DNA of 64,000 nucleotides from Myxococcales bacterium (lineage in GTDB: Bacteria; Myxococcota_A; UBA9042): NCBI GenBank assembly GCA_037441385.1, contig JBBISH010000010.1, positions 25,615 to 89,614 on the forward strand. Direction: 5' to 3'. Position numbers and translations under genes: made by a program. Of this stretch, positions 54,301 through 61,291 are shown piece by piece (within the stretch, counting starts at the first letter, position 1; each line of letters begins with the position of its first letter). The notes below the pieces were generated by a model. It ran no database searches. It saw nothing but the letters and a program-made list of their open reading frames with translations, and was not told where the DNA came from.

Positions 54301-55011
54301 TCGTGCGCCAACAGCAGCTGCCACGGCGGCGACTGGAAGGCCTGCGACTTCTGCCACGGCGTCAAGGGCAGCAGCAACGCCCCGCCCGTCGGCGTGGCCA
54401 ACGAGCAAGCTGCGGCCACGAACACCCTTGGCGTGGGTCGCCACACGGCACACTTGACGGCATCGCCCACCCACGTGGCCTTTGCCTGCACCACCTGCCA
54501 CACCGTCCCGGCCGCGGGCGACATCGCCCACGCCATGCAGTACGTGTACTCGGCGGATCTGACCACCGCCGGCCACCACGGCGACGTCACCTTTACTGCC
54601 GGTGCGGCCAACGGCATGACGTTCAACGTGGCCGCCACCACGGGCACGCCGGCCACCGCCCGCGGCACCTGCGTGGGCACCTGCCACAGCAACGGCCGCG
54701 GCGGCGCCCCGGTGGTGACCCCGTACTGGGCCGGCGGCACCTGGACCAAGGGCAGCTGCGGCACCTGCCACGCCGCCGCGCCCACCACGGGCGAGCACAG
54801 CAAGCACGCGCAAGAGGGCTTGGGCTGCGTCAATTGCCACCCGTCGGCCGCGGCTTCGACCCACTTGAACGGCACCCGCGACGTGTTGACCACCATCGTG
54901 CCGCCTACGGGCTCGGGCTCGGTCACCTCGGCGGCCGCCAGCGGCAACTGCACCACCCGCCGCTGCAGCGGCACCTGCCACGGCATGAACCACAACAGCT
55001 TGTGCTGGTAG
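45313..55011 (+). CDS. Giant multiheme c-type cytochrome lipoprotein (CxxxxCH/CxxCH repeat family), 83 heme motifs
   Basis: GGAG RBS; lipobox QAGC; acidic linker; 15 modules each CxxCH-CxxCH-CxxxxCH-CxxxCH-CxxCH plus 8 C-terminal motifs; alternative start at 45337. Confidence 0.92.
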   Translation: MHRPSLTSMLSLVNSRSPLRAYLAFVCALALAASQAGCGDNVASDGTGQGAKADAKDDSSVGLSDAQGDAEDGGTGDVNKSDGLESDGAATDGAASDGTVNDGLVGDGQTADEQDTDAATDDAQADAPDQLDGDDASDTEDADDGKDGVGPLPDLPIWPDTAVDDQTQQPDEAVADADAAAPSDIEPVDATVADSVDDVVPPDAAADTSANDTTGADTTSDTAAQDVGSDAKPWEPPPAEWEPVCFYCHGDAALKSPSPPVDTKGQSDPKEHGVGAHASHVGVANWHKTVACNECHKVPKVFLDPATPTHLNGATDLIWGPLAKQGDYNFGDLACSNTYCHGTTLKADFGGETTVRKPTWTTLDGSQEACGNACHTNPPGGNHPPGKACQLCHTAAIKSYDSATKTAVWANANLHIDGKVDVELGATCTSCHGDPATKNPAPPLGTKGETKTTDVAVGAHAQHLAGGNWHRAVQCNDCHVVPVQIPHANGSVELTWSAVAVASGSVATFDGQTAACANTWCHGGNQVGAKAGGTINTKPIWNKVDGSQDACGTTCHTNPPGGMHPKASNCAACHGPVIASYDANTGVASWANANLHIDGKIDTANLTCTTCHGDEATKNPAPPKGTQGETATTTAAVGAHAAHLGASTWHRAGECTDCHTLPTDPMHANDKVELTWGALAKTSGAKPDFDPTKLTCNAAYCHGATLEPAKTGGAVMRQPTWNKVDGSQAACGTTCHTNPPGAGHPTSTACGTCHGDVVKSYDPANGQTNWNNAALHIDGKLQIASMDCTTCHGDKVTNNPAPPKGTKGETATTARAVGAHASHLTATDWHRDTQCTDCHSVPKSTLHSDGIVDLVWGSVAQTGGAQTTWDTTKLQCSGNYCHGATLLPAKVGGTKLAAPTWTTVDNSQDKCGSTCHTNPPGGKHAQVDNCQACHGEVIKTWDPVAGTATWQNGKLHVDGTVQVTGADCTTCHGDAATKNPAPPKGTKGETATTTAAVGAHAAHLATSTWHRGGQCTDCHAIPTSTSHADDKIDFAWGSLTQTGGTSTNFDLTALSCTGSYCHGATLGPAKSGGSIMVKPTWNKVDGSQAACGTTCHTNPPGGTHSPSTACATCHVDVIKSYDPATGQATWTNANLHVDGKVEVAGMDCTTCHGDTTTKNPAPPKGTKGETATTTRAVGAHASHLTATDWHRDTLCTDCHSVPSSNMHSNNVVDLAWGTVAQTGGAKTTWDTTKLQCSGNYCHGATLAPAKTGGSKLAAPTWTTVDNSQDKCGSTCHTNPPGGGHAQVDNCQACHGEVIKAWNPTTGVATWQNGKLHVDGTVQVSSADCTTCHGDPATNNPAPPKGTKGETATTAGAVGAHTAHLSSSSWHRTGQCTDCHAVPSSVNHANNVLDLAWGTLTQTSGANTNFEPSTLGCTGSYCHGATLLPAKTGGTTLAKPIWNKVDGTQAACGSTCHTNPPGGSHPTSTACATCHGASIKTFDAATGQATWTNASLHVNGKVELSQLNCTSCHGDPVTGAANPPLGTQGQTQTTQKAVGAHQAHLGSGGWHRAGQCADCHTVPTSMTHTDGKVDLAWSTLAQTGTANPTWDTNAATCSGNYCHGSTLAAAKPGGQIQRTPTWTKVDGTQDACGTTCHTNPPGGSHPQSSTCNLCHDAVITSFDAAKNTAVWKNPLLHINGNVEIKTLDCTTCHGDATSKNPAPPVDTLGNTATTAAGVGAHAQHLGTSTWHRAGQCADCHSVPTSNLHANGALDLTWGSVPLSDAAKPAFDQPTLTCTGSYCHGTTLMGAKSGGGTNRQPIWNVVNGTYDACGSTCHTNPPGGTHPASSACATCHPATIAAYNATTNVATFKDATLHINGTVDVVNLTCTTCHGDAASNNPAPPLGTKGETATTTKAVGAHTQHGGTSTWHRDVACTDCHAVPAAMTHSNGSVDLSWSSVASADLAVPAWNGTTTTCSGNYCHGATLLGAKSGGTVMRTPNWTKVDGTQDACGVTCHTLPPGGTHPQNTQCATCHTTVIASNDPATTPVKWADRKLHIDGKIDVGTLTCTSCHGDKVSNNPAPPVGTKGETATTTVAVGAHAQHLGASSSHRAGQCTDCHVVPVSLQHGNGTADIAWGTLPKTASQTPTWDKTTATCASNYCHGTSLEPAKAGGAIMRTPAWTKVDGSQGKCGSTCHTNPPGGPHPTSDKCSMCHGAVISGYDAVAGTATWKDPGLHVDGTLQLTTLTCTSCHGTASTNDPMPPKGTLGETATTTKAVGAHKQHMGSSAWHRAGVCTDCHTVPTSQTHTNNVVDLTWGSVATSGTATPAWNTTTATCSGNWCHGGKLPGANAGGTVMQTPKWTQVDGSQAACGTTCHTNPPGGTHPQSNNCNLCHAGVITSYDATNKTAVWKNADLHVNGSVDVVGMSCTSCHGDAVANDPSPPLGTKGETLTTQVAVGAHAQHMGPSTWRGAVLCSDCHTVPTSMTHTNGTVDVTFSGLAVANAASPTWSKSTVTCSNAYCHGATLLPAATGGTVNHNPLWTKVDGSQDACGSTCHTNPPGGTHPPNTACNLCHNQVISGYDAVAKTATWADPTLHINGKVEVKTLTCTSCHGDAVANNPAPPLGTKGETKTSDAAVGAHSQHLTASTWHRNGQCTDCHSVPASVGHSNGNVDFSWGGTSALNGANPQFVASNLTCTGAYCHGNTLYGPKTGGTVARTPVWTTVNGSWDACGTTCHTLPPATPHPQNENCAQCHGAVIKSIVMGTPPTVVWQDAQLHIDGKIDTGTVTCTSCHGDKVANNPAPPIGSKGETQTTQKAVGAHAAHLGVNSTWHRDGQCTDCHTVPVSMTHANGTSDLNWSAPSNAGNLTPSYAIDAKCSNNWCHGSGLGAAKTGGTINRTPLWTQVDGTQDACGTTCHTNPPGGSHVAHTDCSICHTAVVAAFNPANNATTWKDRTLHVNGVKESNKYHDLSGWTTPKFGTNHHGSNYFVRNQQRDEHNVSCTQCHGADLLGGTVGVSCANSSCHGGDWKACDFCHGVKGSSNAPPVGVANEQAAATNTLGVGRHTAHLTASPTHVAFACTTCHTVPAAGDIAHAMQYVYSADLTTAGHHGDVTFTAGAANGMTFNVAATTGTPATARGTCVGTCHSNGRGGAPVVTPYWAGGTWTKGSCGTCHAAAPTTGEHSKHAQEGLGCVNCHPSAAASTHLNGTRDVLTTIVPPTGSGSVTSAAASGNCTTRRCSGTCHGMNHNSLCW
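46045..54135 (+). repeat. 15 tandem ~540-bp coding repeats
   Basis: First CxxCH of modules 2-14 recurs every 540 bp exactly (46594 to 53074); module 1 at 46045, module 15 at 53617. Confidence 0.95.
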
Positions 55012-55037
55012 GCCCTGTGCTTCCCAAGCGGCGTCCG

Positions 55038-55063
55038 GTTGGCAGCTCAAAGGAGCTGCCAAC
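55038..55063. terminator. 11-bp stem hairpin between convergent genes
   Basis: GTTGGCAGCTC-AAAG-GAGCTGCCAAC; no U-tract. Confidence 0.5.
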
Positions 55064-55125
55064 GGGTCCGCTTCGGCGATAGGTGGCGCCGACGGGCCCG
55101 CAATCTATGGAATGGATTTGGGAAT

Positions 55126-55746
55126 CTAGCTGGGCTGACGCCGCGGCAAGGTCGCCGCCACGTACGGCAGCGCCGCCTGCGACGAGGCCTGCAGTACCGG
55201 GTTCGCAAACAGGCGGTCGCGATAGGCCGCCATGAAGTCAGGCACTTCCACGCCTTCGGTCTGCGCGTAGTGCAACGCCACCGCCGCCGCTAGGTCGCCC
55301 AGGGTGATGCTCTCGCCGCACACAAAAGGCCGGCCATCGGCCAGCACGGCCTGCCACACCCCAAATGCCTTGCCCATGGTCGCGACGGTAGCGGCGCGGA
55401 CCTCGGGTTGCTTGTTCCAGAAGAACTTGCCAATCGGATCGAGCAGGTACAGGTCACCCAAGCGATCGAGGTGACGGGCGTGCCGCTCCAGCGAAGGCGG
55501 CAACAGCACCCGCGGGCCAAGCTCCTCAAGGTACTCCAGAATCGACGTGGACTCGAAGATCGCCGAGCCATCGTCCAGTTCGAGCACGGGCATCTTGCCA
55601 AACGGATTGAGGCGCAAGTAGTCGGGCGTCTTCAGCCCGCCGGCCAGCGCATCTACGACCTGCAAAGGGATGGAATCGCCGCGCAAACCCAGGCCAATGG
55701 CCGCCTTGCGCGAGTAAGAGGACAACGGGTGGTAGTGGAGCTTCAT
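55126..55746 (-). CDS. Glutathione S-transferase family protein
   Basis: LNPFGKMPVL, IFESTSILEYL, FVCGESITLGD. Confidence 0.9.
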   Translation of the reverse strand: MKLHYHPLSSYSRKAAIGLGLRGDSIPLQVVDALAGGLKTPDYLRLNPFGKMPVLELDDGSAIFESTSILEYLEELGPRVLLPPSLERHARHLDRLGDLYLLDPIGKFFWNKQPEVRAATVATMGKAFGVWQAVLADGRPFVCGESITLGDLAAAVALHYAQTEGVEVPDFMAAYRDRLFANPVLQASSQAALPYVAATLPRRQPS

Positions 55747-55815
55747 GCGCACATCCGACCCCGGCACTGGGGATTTGTCAAGCCGGGGTCGGAGGTGCGA
55801 GCGCCCGCCGAGCGG

Positions 55816-56283
55816 CTACTTGCCGTGGCAGGCCTTGCACTTGTCGATCGCCGCCTTCTCTGGGATCCCCTTGGCCACGGACTTGTGGCAGTCCAGGCAA
55901 GTCTTGTGGAAGATCACGGTGCCCTTGTCGAAGTCGTCGCCCTTGGCAACCGCCAGCACCGGCGCCTTTTTGCCGCCGAATTCCTTTTGCGGTTGGCCGT
56001 CAGCCACGTGGCAGTCGCCGCAGCCCTTGACATCTTTGACACTTTTGGGCTCACCCTTTTCGGTGTGGTGGCATGTCTTGCAGCCGATCGCTTGGCCCTT
56101 GGCGTCTCTGAACTCCCCGGCGTGCTTGGCGTGGGGGAATTTGACCGCGCCCTTTTTGCCCTTGATCAGGTCGATCTTGATTTCGGCTTTGTCCTTAGGC
56201 ACTTCGGTCGCGAGCGCCACACCCAGGAACGAGCCGAGACCAAAAAGAATCGCGACCAACCATGCGCTGCGCTTGTTCCACAT
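55816..56283 (-). CDS. Tetraheme cytochrome c3 (class III)
   Basis: GGAGG RBS, signal peptide, VKFPHAKH, CKTCHH, CGDCH, FHKTCLDCH, CKACH. Confidence 0.88.
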   Translation of the reverse strand: MWNKRSAWLVAILFGLGSFLGVALATEVPKDKAEIKIDLIKGKKGAVKFPHAKHAGEFRDAKGQAIGCKTCHHTEKGEPKSVKDVKGCGDCHVADGQPQKEFGGKKAPVLAVAKGDDFDKGTVIFHKTCLDCHKSVAKGIPEKAAIDKCKACHGK

Positions 56284-56659
56284 GACCTGAACCTCCGGCG
56301 CGTTTGGGCGCCTGCCTGCCAAGAAAGGGCCCACTTGGGACCCCGCGGGCGGTGTTGAACGGGCCGCCGCGCTTGCTTTCGACAACGCGGCCGGCACGGC
56401 GCGGATTCAGGGCGGCAGGCAGGCAACACAGCAAGAGTACGGCTGGTTGTGACGCAAGCGTGGCGAACAGCGACGCAGGTCAAGTGCCGCGCGATTGGGC
56501 TTGCTCAGCGAGTGCGGCGCGGCTATCCTGCAAGGGTCGCGGGGACTTCCCACCCTGCGGCGCCCCCCAAAGTACTCGTCTATCCCGCCCAAGCCCCCAC
56601 TGCGCCTGCCTATTGCGGCAGCTTGTCGACTTCTCGCCCTCTACCCGCCGAGAAACGCC

Positions 56660-57220
56660 ATGTCCAACATTCGCCCCAGTCTGGTGCACGTCGTTGGCCT
56701 GCATCCGGATTTCAGCCACCTGCTGGTCATTCGTGTGGACTTGGAGCCAACGCCCAGCCCTTTGTGGGTGCGCCTTTTCCACGACTTTCGCCAAGAAGGA
56801 CCAGGGCTGCCCGGCTTTGAACCGGTGATCGACGGCAGCGCGGTGGAGTTGCACCCAAGCGACGAACAGCTCGAGACCTTTTTGCTGGCCCTTGAGCGGC
56901 GGATTCGCCACGTCAACGTGGACCACGCCGCCACCATCGGCCGGGCCGACCCTGTGCGCCCGCTGCGACGACGGCCGACCATCGAGCTGCTCGCCGATGG
57001 CTTTTCGCCCGAGCTGCGCGACCGCATCCTAAAGGCTCGTTCGGCCGCAGAGCGGCTGTCGGGCATGTTCCACGCGCAGGAGTGGGAGCCGCTTGAGGTG
57101 ACCAACCTGGACCGGCCGCCGACGCGCGACACACTCCACGACATCGAGCCGCCGCAACTGCCGCGTGGGCGCAAGCCGCGTCCCGCCCAGCCGACGGGGG
57201 CCGCTGAACCGGCCAAGTAA
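56660..57220 (+). CDS. Hypothetical protein
   Basis: Fills the gap with plausible codon usage; no motif recognised. Confidence 0.6.
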   Translation: MSNIRPSLVHVVGLHPDFSHLLVIRVDLEPTPSPLWVRLFHDFRQEGPGLPGFEPVIDGSAVELHPSDEQLETFLLALERRIRHVNVDHAATIGRADPVRPLRRRPTIELLADGFSPELRDRILKARSAAERLSGMFHAQEWEPLEVTNLDRPPTRDTLHDIEPPQLPRGRKPRPAQPTGAAEPAK

Positions 57221-57232
57221 CGGCACCCATCC

Positions 57233-57292
57233 TGCGGAATCGGCTGAATCGACTCGAAAACCTGCGCCTTGCCCTGGGCCGAACCGGCTCCC
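57233..57292 (+). mobile_element. Degenerate 5' half of the 132-bp repeat
   Basis: CTGAATCGACTCGAAAA...GGGCCGAACCGG, 12 bp after a stop. Confidence 0.35.
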
Positions 57293-57453
57293 GCACCAGA
57301 ACATCGATCAAAAATCTTAGGTTCAGAGCAACGAGACCACTCGCTGACGAAAACTCGTTGATGCTCAGTGGTTCGCAAGCTCGCCCCGTTGGGGACTCGC
57401 CGCTCCAATTGCGGCGGGTGCGGCGCGGCGAAGAACTCAAATTGATCCGCTCT

Positions 57454-58104
57454 CTAGGACTTGCTGGGAACCCGATCGAGCAGCCAGGCCTGGTGCGGCT
57501 GCGGCGCGGACCACAGAAGCTCGGGCAGCGCGTTGTCGACGAGCACACCGGGCGCCAGATCCAAGCCGGCCGCTTGGTAGCACTGACACACGAACGCTGA
57601 GCAGTACACAGCGCGCTGGTCGTCGCGGCCAAAGCGGCGACCCAACTGCCCCTGCTGCAGCGCGAGCCAAGTCGCGAACACTTTGGGGATGCTATAGCGT
57701 GTCCGCGCACCCAGCAGGTTCAGCGCCGCGGCCATGACCTGCTCGGTTTGGGCACCGTCCAGGCCAAAATCCAGCACGGCCACGGTTGGTGCCTCGTCTT
57801 CGGCAGAATACTTGTCCAGGCGATTTTCTTGAACGCCCAGGCGGATGAAGTGGCTGTGCAGGTCCAGGTCACTTTCGAGCAGCCAGTGCTCGCCGTCTTG
57901 CCGGCGGCCCTCGAGCAAGAACGCGTGGCTCCACAAGCTCCACTGGCGCTCTGGGTCCAGACGGCGCTGGCTGCGGCGAATGCGCCGGTCGATCCAGCTG
58001 GCCAAGCCCACCAGCCCCACTCGGCTGGGCGCGGCATAGGCATCAAAGAACTGGCGGTTGCTCCACTCGGGCGGGGCCAACGTGATCGGATGGGGCTGGC
58101 TCAT
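57454..58104 (-). CDS. Permuted papain-like (YiiX/YaeF, NlpC/P60 superfamily) protein
   Basis: WSHA His precedes YCSAFV Cys, later P..L motif. Confidence 0.7.
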   Translation of the reverse strand: MSQPHPITLAPPEWSNRQFFDAYAAPSRVGLVGLASWIDRRIRRSQRRLDPERQWSLWSHAFLLEGRRQDGEHWLLESDLDLHSHFIRLGVQENRLDKYSAEDEAPTVAVLDFGLDGAQTEQVMAAALNLLGARTRYSIPKVFATWLALQQGQLGRRFGRDDQRAVYCSAFVCQCYQAAGLDLAPGVLVDNALPELLWSAPQPHQAWLLDRVPSKS

Positions 58105-58130
58105 GCGGCTGTTCCCAGGGCGGTAGGGGG

Positions 58131-58961
58131 CTACTCGGTGTCGACGCGAAAGCGGCAGCTGCCGACCTCGATCACGTCGCCGGCCCAGAGCTCAAAGCTC
58201 GTCACCACGTCGCCGTTGACGCGCACGGTGCCGAACGAGAGATCGCTGCGCAATTCCCAACTTGCACCGTTCCACGCGATGGTCACCTGGCCGTGAACCA
58301 AGCCCCGCAGCTTGAGCGGCCCGTCGCGGGCGATCGTCAGCGTCTCGCCCTCGACCAGGTCGTGGCGGGTGCCTCCATTGACCCAGTCATCCACGCGGAC
58401 GACGTAGCTGCGCTTGGCGGCCTTGAGGCGGTGGAACGAGTCGCGCACCTCCTCGAGTTCCATGCCCACGGTGGGCTGGCGCCAGCGGGCGTTGTCGAAC
58501 ACCGGCGGCACGTAGGCATCGGCGGCGTGCAGACCCTGGCCGCCACAGCGCGGACACGGGGCGTCGCGGCGGGCAAAGTTGACCATGCCAGTCCATTGGC
58601 AGCTGGGGCAACGCATCTTGACGAAGCGCGCTTGCCCCACCTCTTGCACAGCGCTGCGCGACGCCGACTCGCCAAAGATGAGCAAGTGGTCGCTGCCGAT
58701 AAGGATTTCCGCGCCCTCGGGCAAGAAGACCATGTCGTCGATGAGCTTGCGGTTCACCACGACCGGGTTGGTGTGCGAGGCGCAGGTGATGAACCAGTTG
58801 CCGGTCGGCGCGTCCATGTGGACCACGGCGTGCTGGCGCGACACCGTGGGGCTGTCCAGCACCAGTTCGCAGGTGGGGTCGCGACCAATGCGGAACATTT
58901 TAAGCAAGATGACGGCCTTGCGGGCATCTTGGCCAATTTCGTGAACAGTGATGGTCGGCAC
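58131..58961 (-). CDS. FHA-domain protein with central Zn-ribbon and second FHA-like domain
   Basis: IGR...VSRQHA...N FHA motif; CPSC...CPRC; VRVNG...GDVIEVG tail; GTG start inferred. Confidence 0.8.
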   Translation of the reverse strand: MPTITVHEIGQDARKAVILLKMFRIGRDPTCELVLDSPTVSRQHAVVHMDAPTGNWFITCASHTNPVVVNRKLIDDMVFLPEGAEILIGSDHLLIFGESASRSAVQEVGQARFVKMRCPSCQWTGMVNFARRDAPCPRCGGQGLHAADAYVPPVFDNARWRQPTVGMELEEVRDSFHRLKAAKRSYVVRVDDWVNGGTRHDLVEGETLTIARDGPLKLRGLVHGQVTIAWNGASWELRSDLSFGTVRVNGDVVTSFELWAGDVIEVGSCRFRVDTE

Positions 58962-59117
58962 GGGAACTCCAGGCAGGGGGCGCGGCTGCTCTGCAAAAAA
59001 CAAGCATCTACCCAGGTTGAGGAGCCATGCTGCCCACCTGGGTCGGATCCTGGTCGCGGGCGCGCTGCGCTGGCCCAGCAACCGCACGTTCTTGCGGCAA
59101 AGCGCAGGACGGTTGGG

Positions 59118-59225
59118 CTAGCTGCCCGACTTGCTCGCCTGCTTCTCTTTCTTTTTCTGCTGCTTTTCCTTGGTGGTCAGCTTCGGCTTGTTCGACTTGT
59201 CGGGCTTCTCTTGGCCTTTGGGCAT
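59118..59225 (-). CDS. 35-aa Lys-rich small protein (not in ORF track as such)
   Basis: AAGGAG RBS; MPKGQEKPDKSNKPKLTTKEKQQKKKEKQASKSGS*. Confidence 0.7.
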   Translation of the reverse strand: MPKGQEKPDKSNKPKLTTKEKQQKKKEKQASKSGS

Positions 59226-59389
59226 GGGGCTCTCCTTGGGCGGCGCCCCGGGACTGGGCCCAAGGGGCGCGGCACCCGTAGGATGCCTTTGGCCGCGGCG
59301 GATCGCCAGTGGGGCAAGCGCATTGACCGTGGGGAGTGGAGCGCATAGGCTGCCCGACCCGACGGCGCGGCGTCGCCTTGGCCAACCCG

Positions 59390-60262
59390 ATGCGTGTTTG
59401 CACAGCCTGCGGGCAAGCCCTATCCGGTCCGGAGTGGTGCTGCGGCGCCTGCGGCTGGCGGGCCGGGTTGCGCGACGGTTTTGCCTGCCTGGCTCCCCAA
59501 CTGGCAGATGGCAACGATGGCTACGACGCCAGCTTGTTCCGCGCGTCGGCCCAGCTGCAGTCCCGCAACTTCTGGTTCGTAGGGCGCAATCGCCTGTTGG
59601 CCCAACAGCTCGGCAAGCTGCAGCTGCGCCCGGAGCGGCTGCTCGAGATCGGCTGTGGCACCGGCTTTGTGCTCGGGATGCTGGCCCAGGTGTACCCCAA
59701 AACCGAGTTGTGGGGGAGCGACATCTACACGGAAGGACTGAATTTTGCCGCGCGCGCGGTGCCGCAAGCGCACCTGCTGCAGCTGGATGCGACCCACCTG
59801 CCGTTTCGCGACGAGTTCGACTTGATCGGTGCGTTGGACGTGATCGAGCACCTGGACGACGACCGCCGGGCCCTGGCCCAAATGGCGGCGGCGTTGCGCC
59901 CAGGTGGGCACCTGCTGCTCACGGTGCCGCAGCACCCGGCGCTGTGGAGCCGCATGGACGAATACGCGCACCACAAGCGCCGCTATACCCGCCCGGAACT
60001 GCTGCAGAAGGTGGCCGAGGCTGGTCTGCAGTTGCGCAGCGCGACGTCGTTCGTCAGCCTGCTGGCGCCCGCCATGTGGGCGTCGCGGATCGCGCAGCGG
60101 CACCGCCCGCCCGTGCAAGACGGCATCGACCCGGATCTGCGGATGAATCCCGCCTTGAACCGGGTGCTTCTGGCGGTGATGGGGCTGGAGCGCCGGCTGG
60201 TGGCGCAGGGCCTGGACCTGCCCGTTGGCGGATCGCTGCTGGTGATGGCCCAGCGCCTCTGA
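59390..60262 (+). CDS. Class I SAM-dependent methyltransferase with N-terminal CxxC-CxxC
   Basis: FWFVGRN, LEIGCGTG, DVIEH, LTVP, HKRRY. Confidence 0.88.
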   Translation: MRVCTACGQALSGPEWCCGACGWRAGLRDGFACLAPQLADGNDGYDASLFRASAQLQSRNFWFVGRNRLLAQQLGKLQLRPERLLEIGCGTGFVLGMLAQVYPKTELWGSDIYTEGLNFAARAVPQAHLLQLDATHLPFRDEFDLIGALDVIEHLDDDRRALAQMAAALRPGGHLLLTVPQHPALWSRMDEYAHHKRRYTRPELLQKVAEAGLQLRSATSFVSLLAPAMWASRIAQRHRPPVQDGIDPDLRMNPALNRVLLAVMGLERRLVAQGLDLPVGGSLLVMAQRL

Positions 60263-60385
60263 CGCCCACAAGCTGCCGCAACTACGGTGTTGCCGCCAGC
60301 GGTGGACACTGCCCCAGGGCTCGCCTATCCTTGTGCCGCCGCGGAAGCGACCCAGGCGGGCTATGCCGCCGGACAAGGACGCCGC

Positions 60386-61291
60386 ATGACGCACTTCAAG
60401 GGAATTCTGCTTGCCGGTGGCAAAGGTACGCGTCTCTACCCGGTCACCCAAGTCGCCAGCAAGCAACTGCAGCCGATCTACAACAAGCCGATGATCTACT
60501 ACCCGCTGACGACCTTGCTGGTGGCGGGTGTGCGCGAGGTGCTGATCATCTCGTCGCCCGAAGACATCGGCCGCTTCGAGGCGCTGCTGGGCGACGGCCG
60601 CCGCTGGGGTATCCAGCTGCAATACGCCGTACAGGCCGAGCCCAAGGGCATTGCCCAGGCACTGCAAATTGGCCGCGAGTTTATCGGCAATGACTCGGCC
60701 TTTCTGATGCTGGGCGACAACTTGATCTATGGTCGCCTGGATTTCCTGCGTGCCGCGATGGCCAGCAACGGCGCGGGCGCCACCGTGTTTGCCTACCACG
60801 TCCACAACCCGCAAGAGTATGGCGTGGTCGAGTTCGGTCCCGACGGCAAAGCGCGCTCGCTGGAAGAGAAGCCCAAGCAGCCCAAGTCGAATTGGGCTGT
60901 GCCGGGGCTGTATCTGTACGGGCCGGGTGCGGCGGCCGAGGCCGATGCCGTCACCCCGTCGGCGCGCGGCGAGCTCGAAATCACCGATCTGAACCGGCGC
61001 TACCTACAGCGCGGCCAGCTGACTGCGATGCCCATGGGTCGCGGCATCGCCTGGCTGGACACGGGTACGCCCGAAAGTCTGCTAGAAGCCTCGAATTTTG
61101 TGCACACGATCGAGACGCGGCAGGGCCTGTTCGTCGGCTCGCCCGAAGAAGCGGCCTTCCACATGGGCTACCTGGACGCGGCCGGGCTGGCCAACTGCAT
61201 TGCCAACACGCCAGACGGCCCTTACCGCGCCTACCTGAAGCGGATTTTGGACGGTGCCCACCGCGACCAGGCCGCCGGAGGGCGCGGGTGA
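60386..61291 (+). CDS. rfbA: Glucose-1-phosphate thymidylyltransferase
   Basis: GILLAGGKGTRLYP, SKQL.PIYNKPMIYYPL, LGDN, EEKP, SARGELEITD, WLDTGT. Confidence 0.95.
   Translation: MTHFKGILLAGGKGTRLYPVTQVASKQLQPIYNKPMIYYPLTTLLVAGVREVLIISSPEDIGRFEALLGDGRRWGIQLQYAVQAEPKGIAQALQIGREFIGNDSAFLMLGDNLIYGRLDFLRAAMASNGAGATVFAYHVHNPQEYGVVEFGPDGKARSLEEKPKQPKSNWAVPGLYLYGPGAAAEADAVTPSARGELEITDLNRRYLQRGQLTAMPMGRGIAWLDTGTPESLLEASNFVHTIETRQGLFVGSPEEAAFHMGYLDAAGLANCIANTPDGPYRAYLKRILDGAHRDQAAGGRG

Noticed and set aside
45361..55062. 3233-aa antisense ORF opposite the giant cytochrome
   Set aside because: Shadow frame expected from strong GC3 bias; Val/Ala/Gly-rich mirror of the sense codons with no independent motifs
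56473..56490. sigma54-like CGGCAC-N5-CTGC on the minus strand upstream of the c3 gene
   Set aside because: Two consensus mismatches in GC-rich DNA and about 190 bp from the start; not distinguishable from chance
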